Positions 18,729 to 28,080 of a stretch of DNA of 64,000 nucleotides are shown in pieces. Each line of letters starts with the position of its first letter. Position 1 is the first letter of the stretch. The notes beneath the pieces are model-generated. The model was not told the origin of the DNA and did no database searches. It saw only the letters and a list, made by a program, of their open reading frames with translations. The position numbers and the translations under genes were made by a program. Source of the stretch: Candidatus Cloacimonadota bacterium (GTDB taxonomy: Bacteria > Cloacimonadota > Cloacimonadia > JGIOTU-2); NCBI GenBank assembly GCA_049903315.1, contig JBNGBT010000001.1:224001-288000 (forward strand), written 5' to 3'.

Positions 18729-21017
18729 ATGAAAAGAACAATACTAATTTTTCTTATCTTAGTTATTTCTTTCGCATTCATGGGATGTGAAAAAACTGAG
18801 GAAGGGAAAACAGTTGTTCATCTCTGGCATCAAATGGAGCCGGAGAAGCGACCTCTTCTGCATGAGGTCATCACAGAATTTGAGCAGAATAATCCTGATA
18901 TAGAGATTGTTGTTCTTGCAAAAGGAACTGAGGAACTCCGTACCGGATACCAGGCAGCAGCAGCATTCACAGGCGGAGGTCCGGAGCTGGTTTATGGTCC
19001 GATGGATCAGATTGGTCCTTTTGAGGTAATGAAGGAGAAAAACAGCGACGCGAGCATTATTATGCCAATTGAGGATCTCTATCCCCCGGAATTTTTCGAT
19101 AAATTTGTAGATCAGGGATTGGTAACTTATAAAGGACACATCTATCAGATCGCTGACCGGCTTGGTAACCATCTTGCTCTCGTGTATAATAAAAGATTGT
19201 TTGAAGAAGCCGGCTTGACCGAAGCCCCTCAGACAATCGATGAATTGATTGAGTTCGGAAAAAAACTTACCATTGATAAAAACGGTGACGGCACAGTCGA
19301 TCAATGGGGATTTGTCTGGAATTATACGGAACCTTTCTGGTATATCCCATTCTTTGGAGGGTACGGAGGAAAAGTTTTTGATGAAAATAACAATCCTGAG
19401 CTTGATACTCCTGCTGCCGAGAAGGCATTTCAGTTGATTCTCGATATGCGTAATAAATCAAAGATCATGCCGCCGGAATGTGATTATGACATTGCTGATA
19501 ATATGTTCAACCAAGGCAATGCAGCAATGATCATAAATGGAGACTGGTCGTGGAATAAATATATTGCTTCACCTCATGTCGATTTTGGATTGGCGCGTAT
19601 TCCGTATGTGGAAGAAACACAAATGTGGTGCTCTCCAATGGTTTCTGCAACAGGTTATTCTGTGAACGGTTCGGCAGAAGGTGAGGTTCTGGAAGCAACC
19701 AAACGGGTGCTTGACTACCTTACATCTGAGGAAGTACAGGAGCAGTTTGTAGAAAAATTTAAATCAATTCCAAGTTTGAAATCTCTGCAGGAAAGACCAG
19801 CTATTGCAAATGATCCTATTATGATGATGTCTGCCAAACAGATTGAAGTAGGCCAGCTCATGCCGATCATACCGGAGATGAGAGCTGCGTGGGATGCGAT
19901 GCGTCCTGCACTTCAAAATGTCATAGGTGGCAATATGTCGCCCAAGCAGGCAGCAGAATATCAGCAGGAACTATGCATTCAGAAAATTGCAGCAATGTAT
20001 GAAGGTTCTGAAGAAGGTGTTGAACAAAAAACTGCACTTGCATCGACAATTTTTATGATCCTCGGCATTGCACTTGGGCTGTATTTTACGTATGTGCTCG
20101 TGTTCAAATTTATTCTCGCTTTGATGAGAAAACCGAATTCCTTTGAAACCAAGAATGCCAGGTTTGCTGTGATCATGGCAGTTCCCGCATCGGTAATTCT
20201 ATTCGGCGTAGTAATCTACCCATTTTTCTATAATATAGTACTCTCCTTTTCCAACATGAACATGACGAATGTGAATTCATGGACCATTATCGGATTTGGG
20301 CAATATGTAAAAGTCTTTGCAGAAAAGATATTCTATTCTGTATTTTTTAAAACAGTGATATGGACTGTCGTGAATGTATTCTTCCATGTTACATTAGGTG
20401 TATTTCTTGCAGTATTGCTTAATCGGCATTTACCCGGAAAAGCAATTATACGAGTGCTTCTCGTGCTCCCATGGGCTGTTCCAGAATATATAACTGCTCT
20501 CACATGGCGAGGTATGTTCATGTACGATACCGGCGCGATAAATCTGCTTCTGCATAAACTTGGAATACCTGCAGTTCACTGGCTTTCAGGAGCAACAACA
20601 GCTTTTATTGCGAGCATGGTCACAAATATCTGGCTTGGTGTTCCCTTCATGATGATCATTGCGCTTGGCGGATTGCAATCCATACCAAAAGAACTGTACG
20701 AAGCAGCAGAAATAGACGGTGCTTCTGCATGGAAGAAATTCTGGAGAGTGACCGTGCCGCTTCTCAAACCTGTTATGATACCTGCGATTACATTGGGAAT
20801 TGTGTGGACGTTCAATAAACTGACAGTAATATGGTTAGTCACAAATGGCGGTCAACCCGCAGATAAATCTCATATTCTTGTTTCCTACGTGTACCGGGCA
20901 GCATTTAACCTGTACCGGTACGGATATGCAGCAGCATTTTCCATGATAATCTTCCTGATTTTAGTGGTGTTCAGCGTAACGTTCATGAAGCGGTCGCAAG
21001 TCGCAGATAAGGTATAA
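18729..21017 (+). CDS. Fused sugar ABC substrate-binding protein (MalE-like) + permease (MalF-like)
   Basis: Lipobox FMGC; SBP motifs (VHLWH, ALVYNKRLF, AAMIINGDW); then TM helices, LPWAVP and EAA loop ELYEAAEIDGASAWKKFW in one uninterrupted frame. Confidence 0.92.
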   Translation: MKRTILIFLILVISFAFMGCEKTEEGKTVVHLWHQMEPEKRPLLHEVITEFEQNNPDIEIVVLAKGTEELRTGYQAAAAFTGGGPELVYGPMDQIGPFEVMKEKNSDASIIMPIEDLYPPEFFDKFVDQGLVTYKGHIYQIADRLGNHLALVYNKRLFEEAGLTEAPQTIDELIEFGKKLTIDKNGDGTVDQWGFVWNYTEPFWYIPFFGGYGGKVFDENNNPELDTPAAEKAFQLILDMRNKSKIMPPECDYDIADNMFNQGNAAMIINGDWSWNKYIASPHVDFGLARIPYVEETQMWCSPMVSATGYSVNGSAEGEVLEATKRVLDYLTSEEVQEQFVEKFKSIPSLKSLQERPAIANDPIMMMSAKQIEVGQLMPIIPEMRAAWDAMRPALQNVIGGNMSPKQAAEYQQELCIQKIAAMYEGSEEGVEQKTALASTIFMILGIALGLYFTYVLVFKFILALMRKPNSFETKNARFAVIMAVPASVILFGVVIYPFFYNIVLSFSNMNMTNVNSWTIIGFGQYVKVFAEKIFYSVFFKTVIWTVVNVFFHVTLGVFLAVLLNRHLPGKAIIRVLLVLPWAVPEYITALTWRGMFMYDTGAINLLLHKLGIPAVHWLSGATTAFIASMVTNIWLGVPFMMIIALGGLQSIPKELYEAAEIDGASAWKKFWRVTVPLLKPVMIPAITLGIVWTFNKLTVIWLVTNGGQPADKSHILVSYVYRAAFNLYRYGYAAAFSMIIFLILVVFSVTFMKRSQVADKV

Positions 21018-21025
21018 GGTGAAAA

Positions 21026-21862
21026 ATGAATAAAACAAGGCATTGGTATCAGTATGTAATTATTTATTCGATCCTGCTCCTTTTTGTTGCGATCTCAATT
21101 TTCCCGATCCTCCGTGTATTCACGATTTCCCTTCGTCCTGGAGATAACCTTCTCAATACATCTCTACGGATTATTCCCGAAGATGCAAGTTGGGCAAATT
21201 ATGTTCAACTCTTCACAGAAAAACCTTTCCTCACTTGGATACGAAACAGTTTGCTTGTTACTCTGGCAGTGACGGTAATTGGAGTTGCTCTCTCTTCAAC
21301 TGCCGGGTATGCCTTTTCCCGATATAAATTTCCGGGTCGGAGAGCAGGTTTGCTTGCCCTTCTTGTCACGCAGATGTTCCCGGCAACTATGCTTTTACTT
21401 CCTTTATATATTATGATCTCCAAATTGGGACTGGTAAATAGTTTTGTCGGATTGATAATTATGTACAGCGCATCGGCATTGCCTTTCTGTATCTGGCTTA
21501 TGAAAGGATATTACGATACGATCCCTTCAAGTCTGGAAGAATCGGCAACAGTTGATGGTGCAAGCAAATTTTATGCTTTCTGGAAAATTATTATTCCTCT
21601 TGCATCTCCAGCTCTTGTTATTACTGCCCTTTTCTCTTTCATGGCTGCGTGGAACGAATATGTGGTTGCGGCTCAGGTACTCTGGTATGAAGATATGTTC
21701 ACGATTCCTCTTGGACTGAAGAGTCTGCAGGGTAATATGACCACGCAATGGGGGATGTATGCAGCAGGAGCTTTGATAATAAGCATTCCTGTAATTGTTG
21801 TATTTTTAGTCCTCAGCAAATGGCTCGTTTCGGGCTTAACGCTGGGAAGTGTCAAAGGATAA
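21026..21862 (+). CDS. malG: Sugar ABC transporter permease (MalG-like)
   Basis: TQMFP, GYYDTIPSSLEESATVDGAS, AWNEY, C-terminal GLTLGSVKG. Confidence 0.9.
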   Translation: MNKTRHWYQYVIIYSILLLFVAISIFPILRVFTISLRPGDNLLNTSLRIIPEDASWANYVQLFTEKPFLTWIRNSLLVTLAVTVIGVALSSTAGYAFSRYKFPGRRAGLLALLVTQMFPATMLLLPLYIMISKLGLVNSFVGLIIMYSASALPFCIWLMKGYYDTIPSSLEESATVDGASKFYAFWKIIIPLASPALVITALFSFMAAWNEYVVAAQVLWYEDMFTIPLGLKSLQGNMTTQWGMYAAGALIISIPVIVVFLVLSKWLVSGLTLGSVKG

Positions 21863-21889
21863 ATTTTTGAAAAAATTAAGGAGTTCTCA

Positions 21890-24571
21890 ATGAAAAAATA
21901 TCTTATAATTTTAGTAATGATGCTCGTATTTGCAGGCTCTCTGCATGCAGCGATTGGCTGGAGTGGCGGTATCTGGCCGAATTCCTCTACCGATCAAACA
22001 AATGGTTTTGATATTACAGTATATTATCAAATCTGGAAAGATGGAGTGACAAGTCTCCCTGGAAGAGGGGACAGTCTTTCCGCAACGATCTTCTATAAAA
22101 CGCAATCACAACCTTCCTTCTCATCAGAAGCGATGACGTTCAATGTCGATGTTGGGAATAATGATGAATATTTTGGCATCATACCCAACGCTATTTTCAG
22201 TGCAGGAGACACAGTATTTTTCTATTGTGAAGGGTATGATTCCACAGACGCAACCTATTCTTATGGAAATGATCAAAATGGAGTGGGTCCATTTACAGAT
22301 ACTACTCCCGGAAGTTATAATATCGTTGCCGGATTAAATCAGGATGTAACAGTTACATTTCAGGTAGATATGACGATTGTTGATCCTGTGTATACCGTAT
22401 CCGTTGCCGGTTCTTTCAATGGCTGGACAGCAGGTGTCGATACGTTAAATGATGTCGGAAATAACATCTATTCTGGTGATGTGCTTTTCACTGCCGGAAC
22501 CAATCCATACCAGGAATACAAATTCGTGAATGGCTCGATCTGGGAAGATTATATATCAAACCGTATACTAAATATTGATGACTCTTCTCCAACAATGATC
22601 CTGCCGCCAGTGTATTTTAATGACATCCCACCTGATGAGATTTTTGTGACATTCCAGGTTGATATGACATTGCAGATATGGAATGACTGGTTTGTACCCG
22701 GTGTGGATACCGCAGCAGTAAGCGGTTCCATGAACGGATGGAATAAGTGGGAGCTGACTGATATAGACGGAGATGATATCTATACTGGTGAATATTCATT
22801 TTATGGATGTGTCAGCGATGTGATCGAATATAAATTCAGAATTAATGATAATTTTGAATTGTTTGATCTGCCGAATAGAAGTTTTACGATTGATGATACC
22901 GTAACCACAATACCTGTCGTATTCTATGATGATTTCAATCCTAATACTCCGACTAATCTTACCGCAGTTGTAGATGAATGGGACGTTGATCTTGCATGGG
23001 ATGCACCAGCAACCCGTGATGTTGATTATTATAATCTCTATCGTGATGATTCTGTTATTGCTCTTGTGTATCATCCAACCACGATTTTCACAGATACATC
23101 AGTGCCTTTTGGAAATCATGTATACTATGTTACTGCAGTGTATCCTGAAGGGCAATCACTTCCATCCAACACACAAACTGTTTTTGTCGGAACGAACACA
23201 CCTCCGGTCGCAGTTGCAGGTGATGATAAGACTGTGATCGAAGACCATGCAGTATATTTGGACGGCTCCGGCTCTTATGATCCTGATGGACTTCCAATAA
23301 CGTATCACTGGAGTGCTCCTGCAGATATTGTGCTTTCTGATTCCACTGCGGTCGATCCTTCTTTTGTAGCCCCAATGGTAGATGAGGATACTATTTTCAC
23401 ACTTTCTCTTATTGTGTTTGATGGAGAGCTTTACTCGGATCCCGATTATGTCGATATTACCGTTCTGAACAGTGTGCCTCCTACTGCTGATTTTTCTGCA
23501 TTTCCTTTAACGGGTTCCATTCCTCTTGAGGTAACTTTTACAGATGAATCCTATTCTAATATTACAGACTGGAATTGGAATTTTGGTGATGGTGAAACGA
23601 GCGAAGAGCAGAATCCGGTTCACACCTATACTTCAGCCGGAACATTCTCTGTAATTCTCACTGTTACCAATTTCTTTGGATCAGATACTATCACAAAATG
23701 GAATTACATTCATGTTACTTCAGTTCCTCTTGATCCTCCTACAAATCTTACTTACACGGTCAATGTCGATGATGTCACCCTTGACTGGGATGCACCAACA
23801 TCAGATGAACGGGATTTAACTTTTTATAAGTTGTACCGCGATGATGTCGTGATTGTTGTGATTTATCCTCCTACAACAATGTACACTGACACGAATCTAC
23901 CATTAGGCGAATATGCATACTTCGTGACTGCGATGTATCCAGAAGGCGAATCTGCACCCACCAATCCAGTGACAGTTTCTATTATAAATAATCCTCCTGT
24001 AGCAAATGCTGGTCCCGATCAAACAGTTGATGAAGGTGATTTTGTTCAGCTTGACGGCTCCGGATCATATGATCCTGAAGGGCTAACCTTGACCTATAGC
24101 TGGACTGCTCCTGCTCAGATAACCCTTGATGATCCTGCAATTGTCGATCCTAGTTTTACCGCACCTCTTGTGACGCAGGATGAGGTATTCCCAATTGAGC
24201 TCCTGGTGTTTGACGGCAATTCATGGTCTGAGCCTGACACAGTATTTATCACTGTTCGTGAGCTTATGGATGCAGGTGATCAACCTCAAAATTTCGAGAC
24301 AGCACTTCATGCAAATCATCCCAATCCCTTTACTACTTCCACATTAATTTCTTTCTCTCTAAAGGAAAATGCTCACGTAGAAATTGAAATATATAATATA
24401 AAAGGAGCGCATGTTGCATCACTGATTCGTGAAACATTGGAGACTGGAAATTATGAAATTGAATGGGATGGTACTGACCAGTTTGGGCATAATGTGTCAC
24501 CCGGAATTTATTTCTGTAGGATTTCTGCTGGTCAATACGTTTCCACGAATAAGATGATATTAATGAAATAA
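21890..24571 (+). CDS. Secreted non-catalytic protein: unnamed N-domain, 2x CBM20-like, FN3/PKD repeats, T9SS/FlgD-like CTD
   Basis: Signal peptide; VTFQVDM...VAGSFNGW...YKF twice; FN3 PTNLT...WDAP twice; PKD-type PVAxAG...LDGSGSYDP twice and WNWNFGDG once; CTD NHPNPF...IYNIKG...WDG...GIYF. Confidence 0.8.
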   Translation: MKKYLIILVMMLVFAGSLHAAIGWSGGIWPNSSTDQTNGFDITVYYQIWKDGVTSLPGRGDSLSATIFYKTQSQPSFSSEAMTFNVDVGNNDEYFGIIPNAIFSAGDTVFFYCEGYDSTDATYSYGNDQNGVGPFTDTTPGSYNIVAGLNQDVTVTFQVDMTIVDPVYTVSVAGSFNGWTAGVDTLNDVGNNIYSGDVLFTAGTNPYQEYKFVNGSIWEDYISNRILNIDDSSPTMILPPVYFNDIPPDEIFVTFQVDMTLQIWNDWFVPGVDTAAVSGSMNGWNKWELTDIDGDDIYTGEYSFYGCVSDVIEYKFRINDNFELFDLPNRSFTIDDTVTTIPVVFYDDFNPNTPTNLTAVVDEWDVDLAWDAPATRDVDYYNLYRDDSVIALVYHPTTIFTDTSVPFGNHVYYVTAVYPEGQSLPSNTQTVFVGTNTPPVAVAGDDKTVIEDHAVYLDGSGSYDPDGLPITYHWSAPADIVLSDSTAVDPSFVAPMVDEDTIFTLSLIVFDGELYSDPDYVDITVLNSVPPTADFSAFPLTGSIPLEVTFTDESYSNITDWNWNFGDGETSEEQNPVHTYTSAGTFSVILTVTNFFGSDTITKWNYIHVTSVPLDPPTNLTYTVNVDDVTLDWDAPTSDERDLTFYKLYRDDVVIVVIYPPTTMYTDTNLPLGEYAYFVTAMYPEGESAPTNPVTVSIINNPPVANAGPDQTVDEGDFVQLDGSGSYDPEGLTLTYSWTAPAQITLDDPAIVDPSFTAPLVTQDEVFPIELLVFDGNSWSEPDTVFITVRELMDAGDQPQNFETALHANHPNPFTTSTLISFSLKENAHVEIEIYNIKGAHVASLIRETLETGNYEIEWDGTDQFGHNVSPGIYFCRISAGQYVSTNKMILMK

Positions 24572-24576
24572 AAGAC

Positions 24577-24609
24577 GGCGCTCATTTCATTGCGGAGTGG
24601 GCGTCTTTT
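24577..24609 (+). terminator. Intrinsic terminator
   Basis: cgctcatttc/ggagtgggcg stem (with GU pairs) followed by tctttt, directly after the stop. Confidence 0.6.
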
Positions 24610-24614
24610 AAAAC

Positions 24615-24620
24615 TTGACA
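24615..24620 (+). promoter_or_regulatory. Putative -35 element
   Basis: TTGACA 55 nt before ATG 24670, with strong RBS ggagg. Confidence 0.5.
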
Positions 24621-24669
24621 TAAAATGAAAATAATTATGCTAAAATTAAAGACTTACTTGGAGGAACAC

Positions 24670-26064
24670 ATGAAAAAAATTATTATTTTTTCAGTTCTTA
24701 TTTTATTTGCCTTCTCCACTCTTCACGCAGTAATTGGATGGAGTGGAAATATTTGGCCAAATTCAGGATCAAATCAAACGAACGGTTCTGATATTACTGT
24801 GTACTATCAGATGTGGAAAGATGGAGCTACCGGTCCCGGCGGTCCAGCTCCCATGCTTTCAGCAACGATCTTTTATAAGAAATCAACAGAAACTACGTAT
24901 CAAGATCTCGCAATGACTTATAACGCACCTGTTGGAAATAATGACGAATACATGGGCGCAATTCCGGATACGTATTTTGGTTCCGGCGACATTATTCATT
25001 TCTATTGCGAGGGCTATGACTCCACTGACGCAACATATTCATACGGAACTGACCAGTCCGGCGCAGGTCCTTTTGATGCAGGAAATCCAGGTTCATATAA
25101 TATCGTAGGCGGCATAAGCCAGGATGTCACGGTTACCTTCCAGGTTGATATGAGCGTTGTGGGCCCAGTCGAACCAGTAACAGTAGCAGGTAGTTTCAAT
25201 GGCTGGAACGCCAGTGCTAATGAACTCACAGCACAGGGCGATGACATCTATGCAGGTGATGTACTGTTTACGGCAGGTACCAATCCAAGCCAGGAATATA
25301 AATATGTAAATGGCGGCAATTGGGAAGACCAGATCGGTAATCGAACACTTACTGTTGATGATTCATCACCCACAATGATACTACCGGTTGTATATTTCAA
25401 CGATCAGAACCCCAATGACTATACCGATATCGATGTCACTGTCACGATCAGCGTTGATGTAGCAGATTCTGTTGGTGCTGGTTATGTGTTTGACTCACTC
25501 GGTGTGTATGGGAATGTTGCTCCACTTGATTGGGATTTCGGTATCATACATAATGGATTGATAGAGATCATAACCGATGAACTGTGGACTGGAGAATTTC
25601 TTTTCCCTGCAGGATCATGGAAACATGTAGAGTTTAAACTTGGAAGAAATGGACTCGATCTCGAAGCCGGATTTGGAGAAAATCATACCTTTGATATTGA
25701 TGATTCAAGCCCAACCCAGCTCATAAGCTGCGTGTATGGAACAATGGGACCAGTCACCTCGATTGACGATCCACAAATGCAGGGTGACATATCTATGAAG
25801 AATGTTCCCAATCCCTTTATCAATGGCACGACAATTTCATTTTCTTTGAAATCACATGAATTCAAGAATGCTACTGTATCGATCTTCAACCTCAAAGGAC
25901 AACTTGTGAATGAGTTCAACACACAAACAAATCCTTTTGGACAGGGAGAAATTCATTGGAACGGAAAAGATCTTCAGGGCAAAGAACTGAATAGCGGTAT
26001 CTATTTCTATAAGGTTTCAACAGACGATGCATCCGAAATTCATAAAATGATAATGATGAGATAG
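24670..26064 (+). CDS. Secreted non-catalytic protein: unnamed N-domain, 2x CBM20-like, CTD
   Basis: Start MKKIIIF after ggagg; IGWSGNIWPNS domain; VTFQVDM..VAGSFNGW; GVYGNVAPLDW...VEFK; CTD NVPNPF...IFNLKGQ...SGIYFY. Confidence 0.8.
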   Translation: MKKIIIFSVLILFAFSTLHAVIGWSGNIWPNSGSNQTNGSDITVYYQMWKDGATGPGGPAPMLSATIFYKKSTETTYQDLAMTYNAPVGNNDEYMGAIPDTYFGSGDIIHFYCEGYDSTDATYSYGTDQSGAGPFDAGNPGSYNIVGGISQDVTVTFQVDMSVVGPVEPVTVAGSFNGWNASANELTAQGDDIYAGDVLFTAGTNPSQEYKYVNGGNWEDQIGNRTLTVDDSSPTMILPVVYFNDQNPNDYTDIDVTVTISVDVADSVGAGYVFDSLGVYGNVAPLDWDFGIIHNGLIEIITDELWTGEFLFPAGSWKHVEFKLGRNGLDLEAGFGENHTFDIDDSSPTQLISCVYGTMGPVTSIDDPQMQGDISMKNVPNPFINGTTISFSLKSHEFKNATVSIFNLKGQLVNEFNTQTNPFGQGEIHWNGKDLQGKELNSGIYFYKVSTDDASEIHKMIMMR

Positions 26065-26074
26065 AAGCCATATT

Positions 26075-27208
26075 ATGAGAAATTATTTAAATGCGAGATC
26101 CCGATTTTTACATCGGGGTCTCTTCTTTCTAATATTATTAACATTTTCTGTAAGCTCGCTGTATGCCACCACAGGTGATGATCTGAGTGACCGTATCATT
26201 ATAGACGGCTTTAGTGATGACTTTGCAGATAATGAGCGACTCTTTATTAAAACACCTCTTGCCGAATCTCAAGAGCTGGATGACGATTCCTGGTGGGGTG
26301 AATACAATGACGTCAAACAGATCGACCTTACGTGGGATCTCACCTATCTCTATGTCGCGATAGATGCCTGCTGCTGGGATAACAATGTGATCTATTACCT
26401 TGACGTGTATCCCGCTTACGGTATCCAGAATATGCTGGACTTGAATACATGGATGAGAGCATTCAAATTTTATGGTACTAATCCGGATTTCTTCCTTGCC
26501 ACATGGGATACCAATGATAATCCGCAGTTCTGGAAAATGCGGGAAGGTTCGTCTTTGCAGGCGGATGAAGTCTCTGTAAATGATTACTCGGCTTATAATA
26601 CAGGAAATCTCGGCAGGGCAATGGAAGCTGCAATTCCGTGGGAAGTTATCTATTATGATTCCCTTCACACAATGAAGGATTTTCCCACTCTGAAAATGCT
26701 CGCAGTGATCACCACCGGCTCAGATAATCTCGGCGGACCTGATGTCATACCGAATAATCTTGGCGGTATGCCAAGCGACGGCATCTCCACAGCAGTGCTC
26801 GATAATTATCTCGAGATATGTGTTGATTCTACGGGAGATGGGAGTCCGGATATTGGAATAAGCCCGAAAGAGCGGGTACACTTTTATAAAATCCCTCCCT
26901 TTGAAGAGCTTCCCCTTTCCGTCAGAAAGGTAATTTTTCCAGATGGGAAAGTCTTTGCTCCTTCCAAAGGGGAGAAGCTCTCATTCCAGATCGATCCCAA
27001 TCGTGTCAGTGCCTTCAATGTGGAAATATATGATGCACGAGGTGCCTATATCAGCAATGCTGAGCTTGTCGATCTCGAAACACAGGCATGGGAATGGGAC
27101 GGCACAAATAAGAATGGGAAGAGCGTTCCCTTCGGCATATACATCTTGAGAGTGGTCTCGGACTCTCAAGAGGTCAGCCATAATGAAGCGATTTCGGTAA
27201 TTAAATAA
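26075..27208 (+). CDS. Secreted DOMON/CBM9-like protein with FlgD-like C-terminal domain
   Basis: Signal peptide; IIIDG..DDF...LTWDLTYLYVAI...EAAIPW DOMON-like pattern; C-terminal VEIYDARG...WEWDGTNKNGKSVPFGIYILRV. Confidence 0.6.
   Translation: MRNYLNARSRFLHRGLFFLILLTFSVSSLYATTGDDLSDRIIIDGFSDDFADNERLFIKTPLAESQELDDDSWWGEYNDVKQIDLTWDLTYLYVAIDACCWDNNVIYYLDVYPAYGIQNMLDLNTWMRAFKFYGTNPDFFLATWDTNDNPQFWKMREGSSLQADEVSVNDYSAYNTGNLGRAMEAAIPWEVIYYDSLHTMKDFPTLKMLAVITTGSDNLGGPDVIPNNLGGMPSDGISTAVLDNYLEICVDSTGDGSPDIGISPKERVHFYKIPPFEELPLSVRKVIFPDGKVFAPSKGEKLSFQIDPNRVSAFNVEIYDARGAYISNAELVDLETQAWEWDGTNKNGKSVPFGIYILRVVSDSQEVSHNEAISVIK
26095..26130 (+). terminator. Terminator-like hairpin inside the 5' end of ORF 26075
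   Basis: gagatcccgat/atcggggtctc 11-bp stem followed by ttctttct. Confidence 0.55.
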
Positions 27209-27209
27209 T

Positions 27210-28058
27210 ATGAAAAAATGTAGAAATAAACGAATCGGATTTTTAGCTCTCTTTTTATTATTGATCCCAATCGGATTGCAGGCAGATTTTATTGGTATGA
27301 ACTGGGGGGCACGCCCCATGGCATTGGGTGAAGCGTATGTGGGTCTTGCAAACGATCCCTCAGCAGTTTTCTGGAATCCTGCAGGGCTTTCTTATGTGAG
27401 CCGTTATTCAGTTATAGCATCGCATCAAAATTTGTATGGCGTCAAAGACCTGTATAATGAAATGGTGGCAGTGTCCATTCCCCTGAAATTCGTGCACCTC
27501 GGACTGGGTTGGACCCAGATGAATCTTCTTCATGAATATTCCGAACAAAACATTGCGCTTTCTGCCGCAAGTATTATATGGTATAAGAACATCGCGATCA
27601 GGTTTGGTCTGAGTCTGGATAATTACTTCGTCAGTGTTCCGGGATATGATGATGCCAAGAATACCTCAACATTTGATGTCGATGCAGGTCTGATCACAAC
27701 TCCGCTGAAAAATTTGTCTTTCGGATTCACAGCCCGCAATCTTATTGAACGGAGTGTCACACTTGTGTCTGAAAGCGAGAAGATCAAAAGAAATTTTGCT
27801 CTTGGTGCACATTACCAATGGCGGGACGTGGTGAATTTCCTTTTAGATTATAATTGGGATAATGACGAGAGCAGTCTCCATTTTGGATGGGAGATATGGT
27901 TCTTTGATGTGTTCGCACCACGTATGGGATTAAATAGAGATTATTTGACTGTTGGCTTCGGTATTAAATCAAAGAACTGGACGCTCGACGGCGCAGTGTA
28001 TTCACACGAAGAGCTTGGCAGTACATACCGTCTTTCTTTTGGCGTTCAATTCAAATAG
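27210..28058 (+). CDS. PorV/PorQ-like (FadL superfamily) outer-membrane beta-barrel
   Basis: GARPMALGEAYVGLANDPSAVFWNPAGL signature; alternating beta-strand pattern; C-terminal YRLSFGVQF. Confidence 0.78.
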   Translation: MKKCRNKRIGFLALFLLLIPIGLQADFIGMNWGARPMALGEAYVGLANDPSAVFWNPAGLSYVSRYSVIASHQNLYGVKDLYNEMVAVSIPLKFVHLGLGWTQMNLLHEYSEQNIALSAASIIWYKNIAIRFGLSLDNYFVSVPGYDDAKNTSTFDVDAGLITTPLKNLSFGFTARNLIERSVTLVSESEKIKRNFALGAHYQWRDVVNFLLDYNWDNDESSLHFGWEIWFFDVFAPRMGLNRDYLTVGFGIKSKNWTLDGAVYSHEELGSTYRLSFGVQFK

Positions 28059-28080
28059 CATAAATGTACAGGTATTTATA

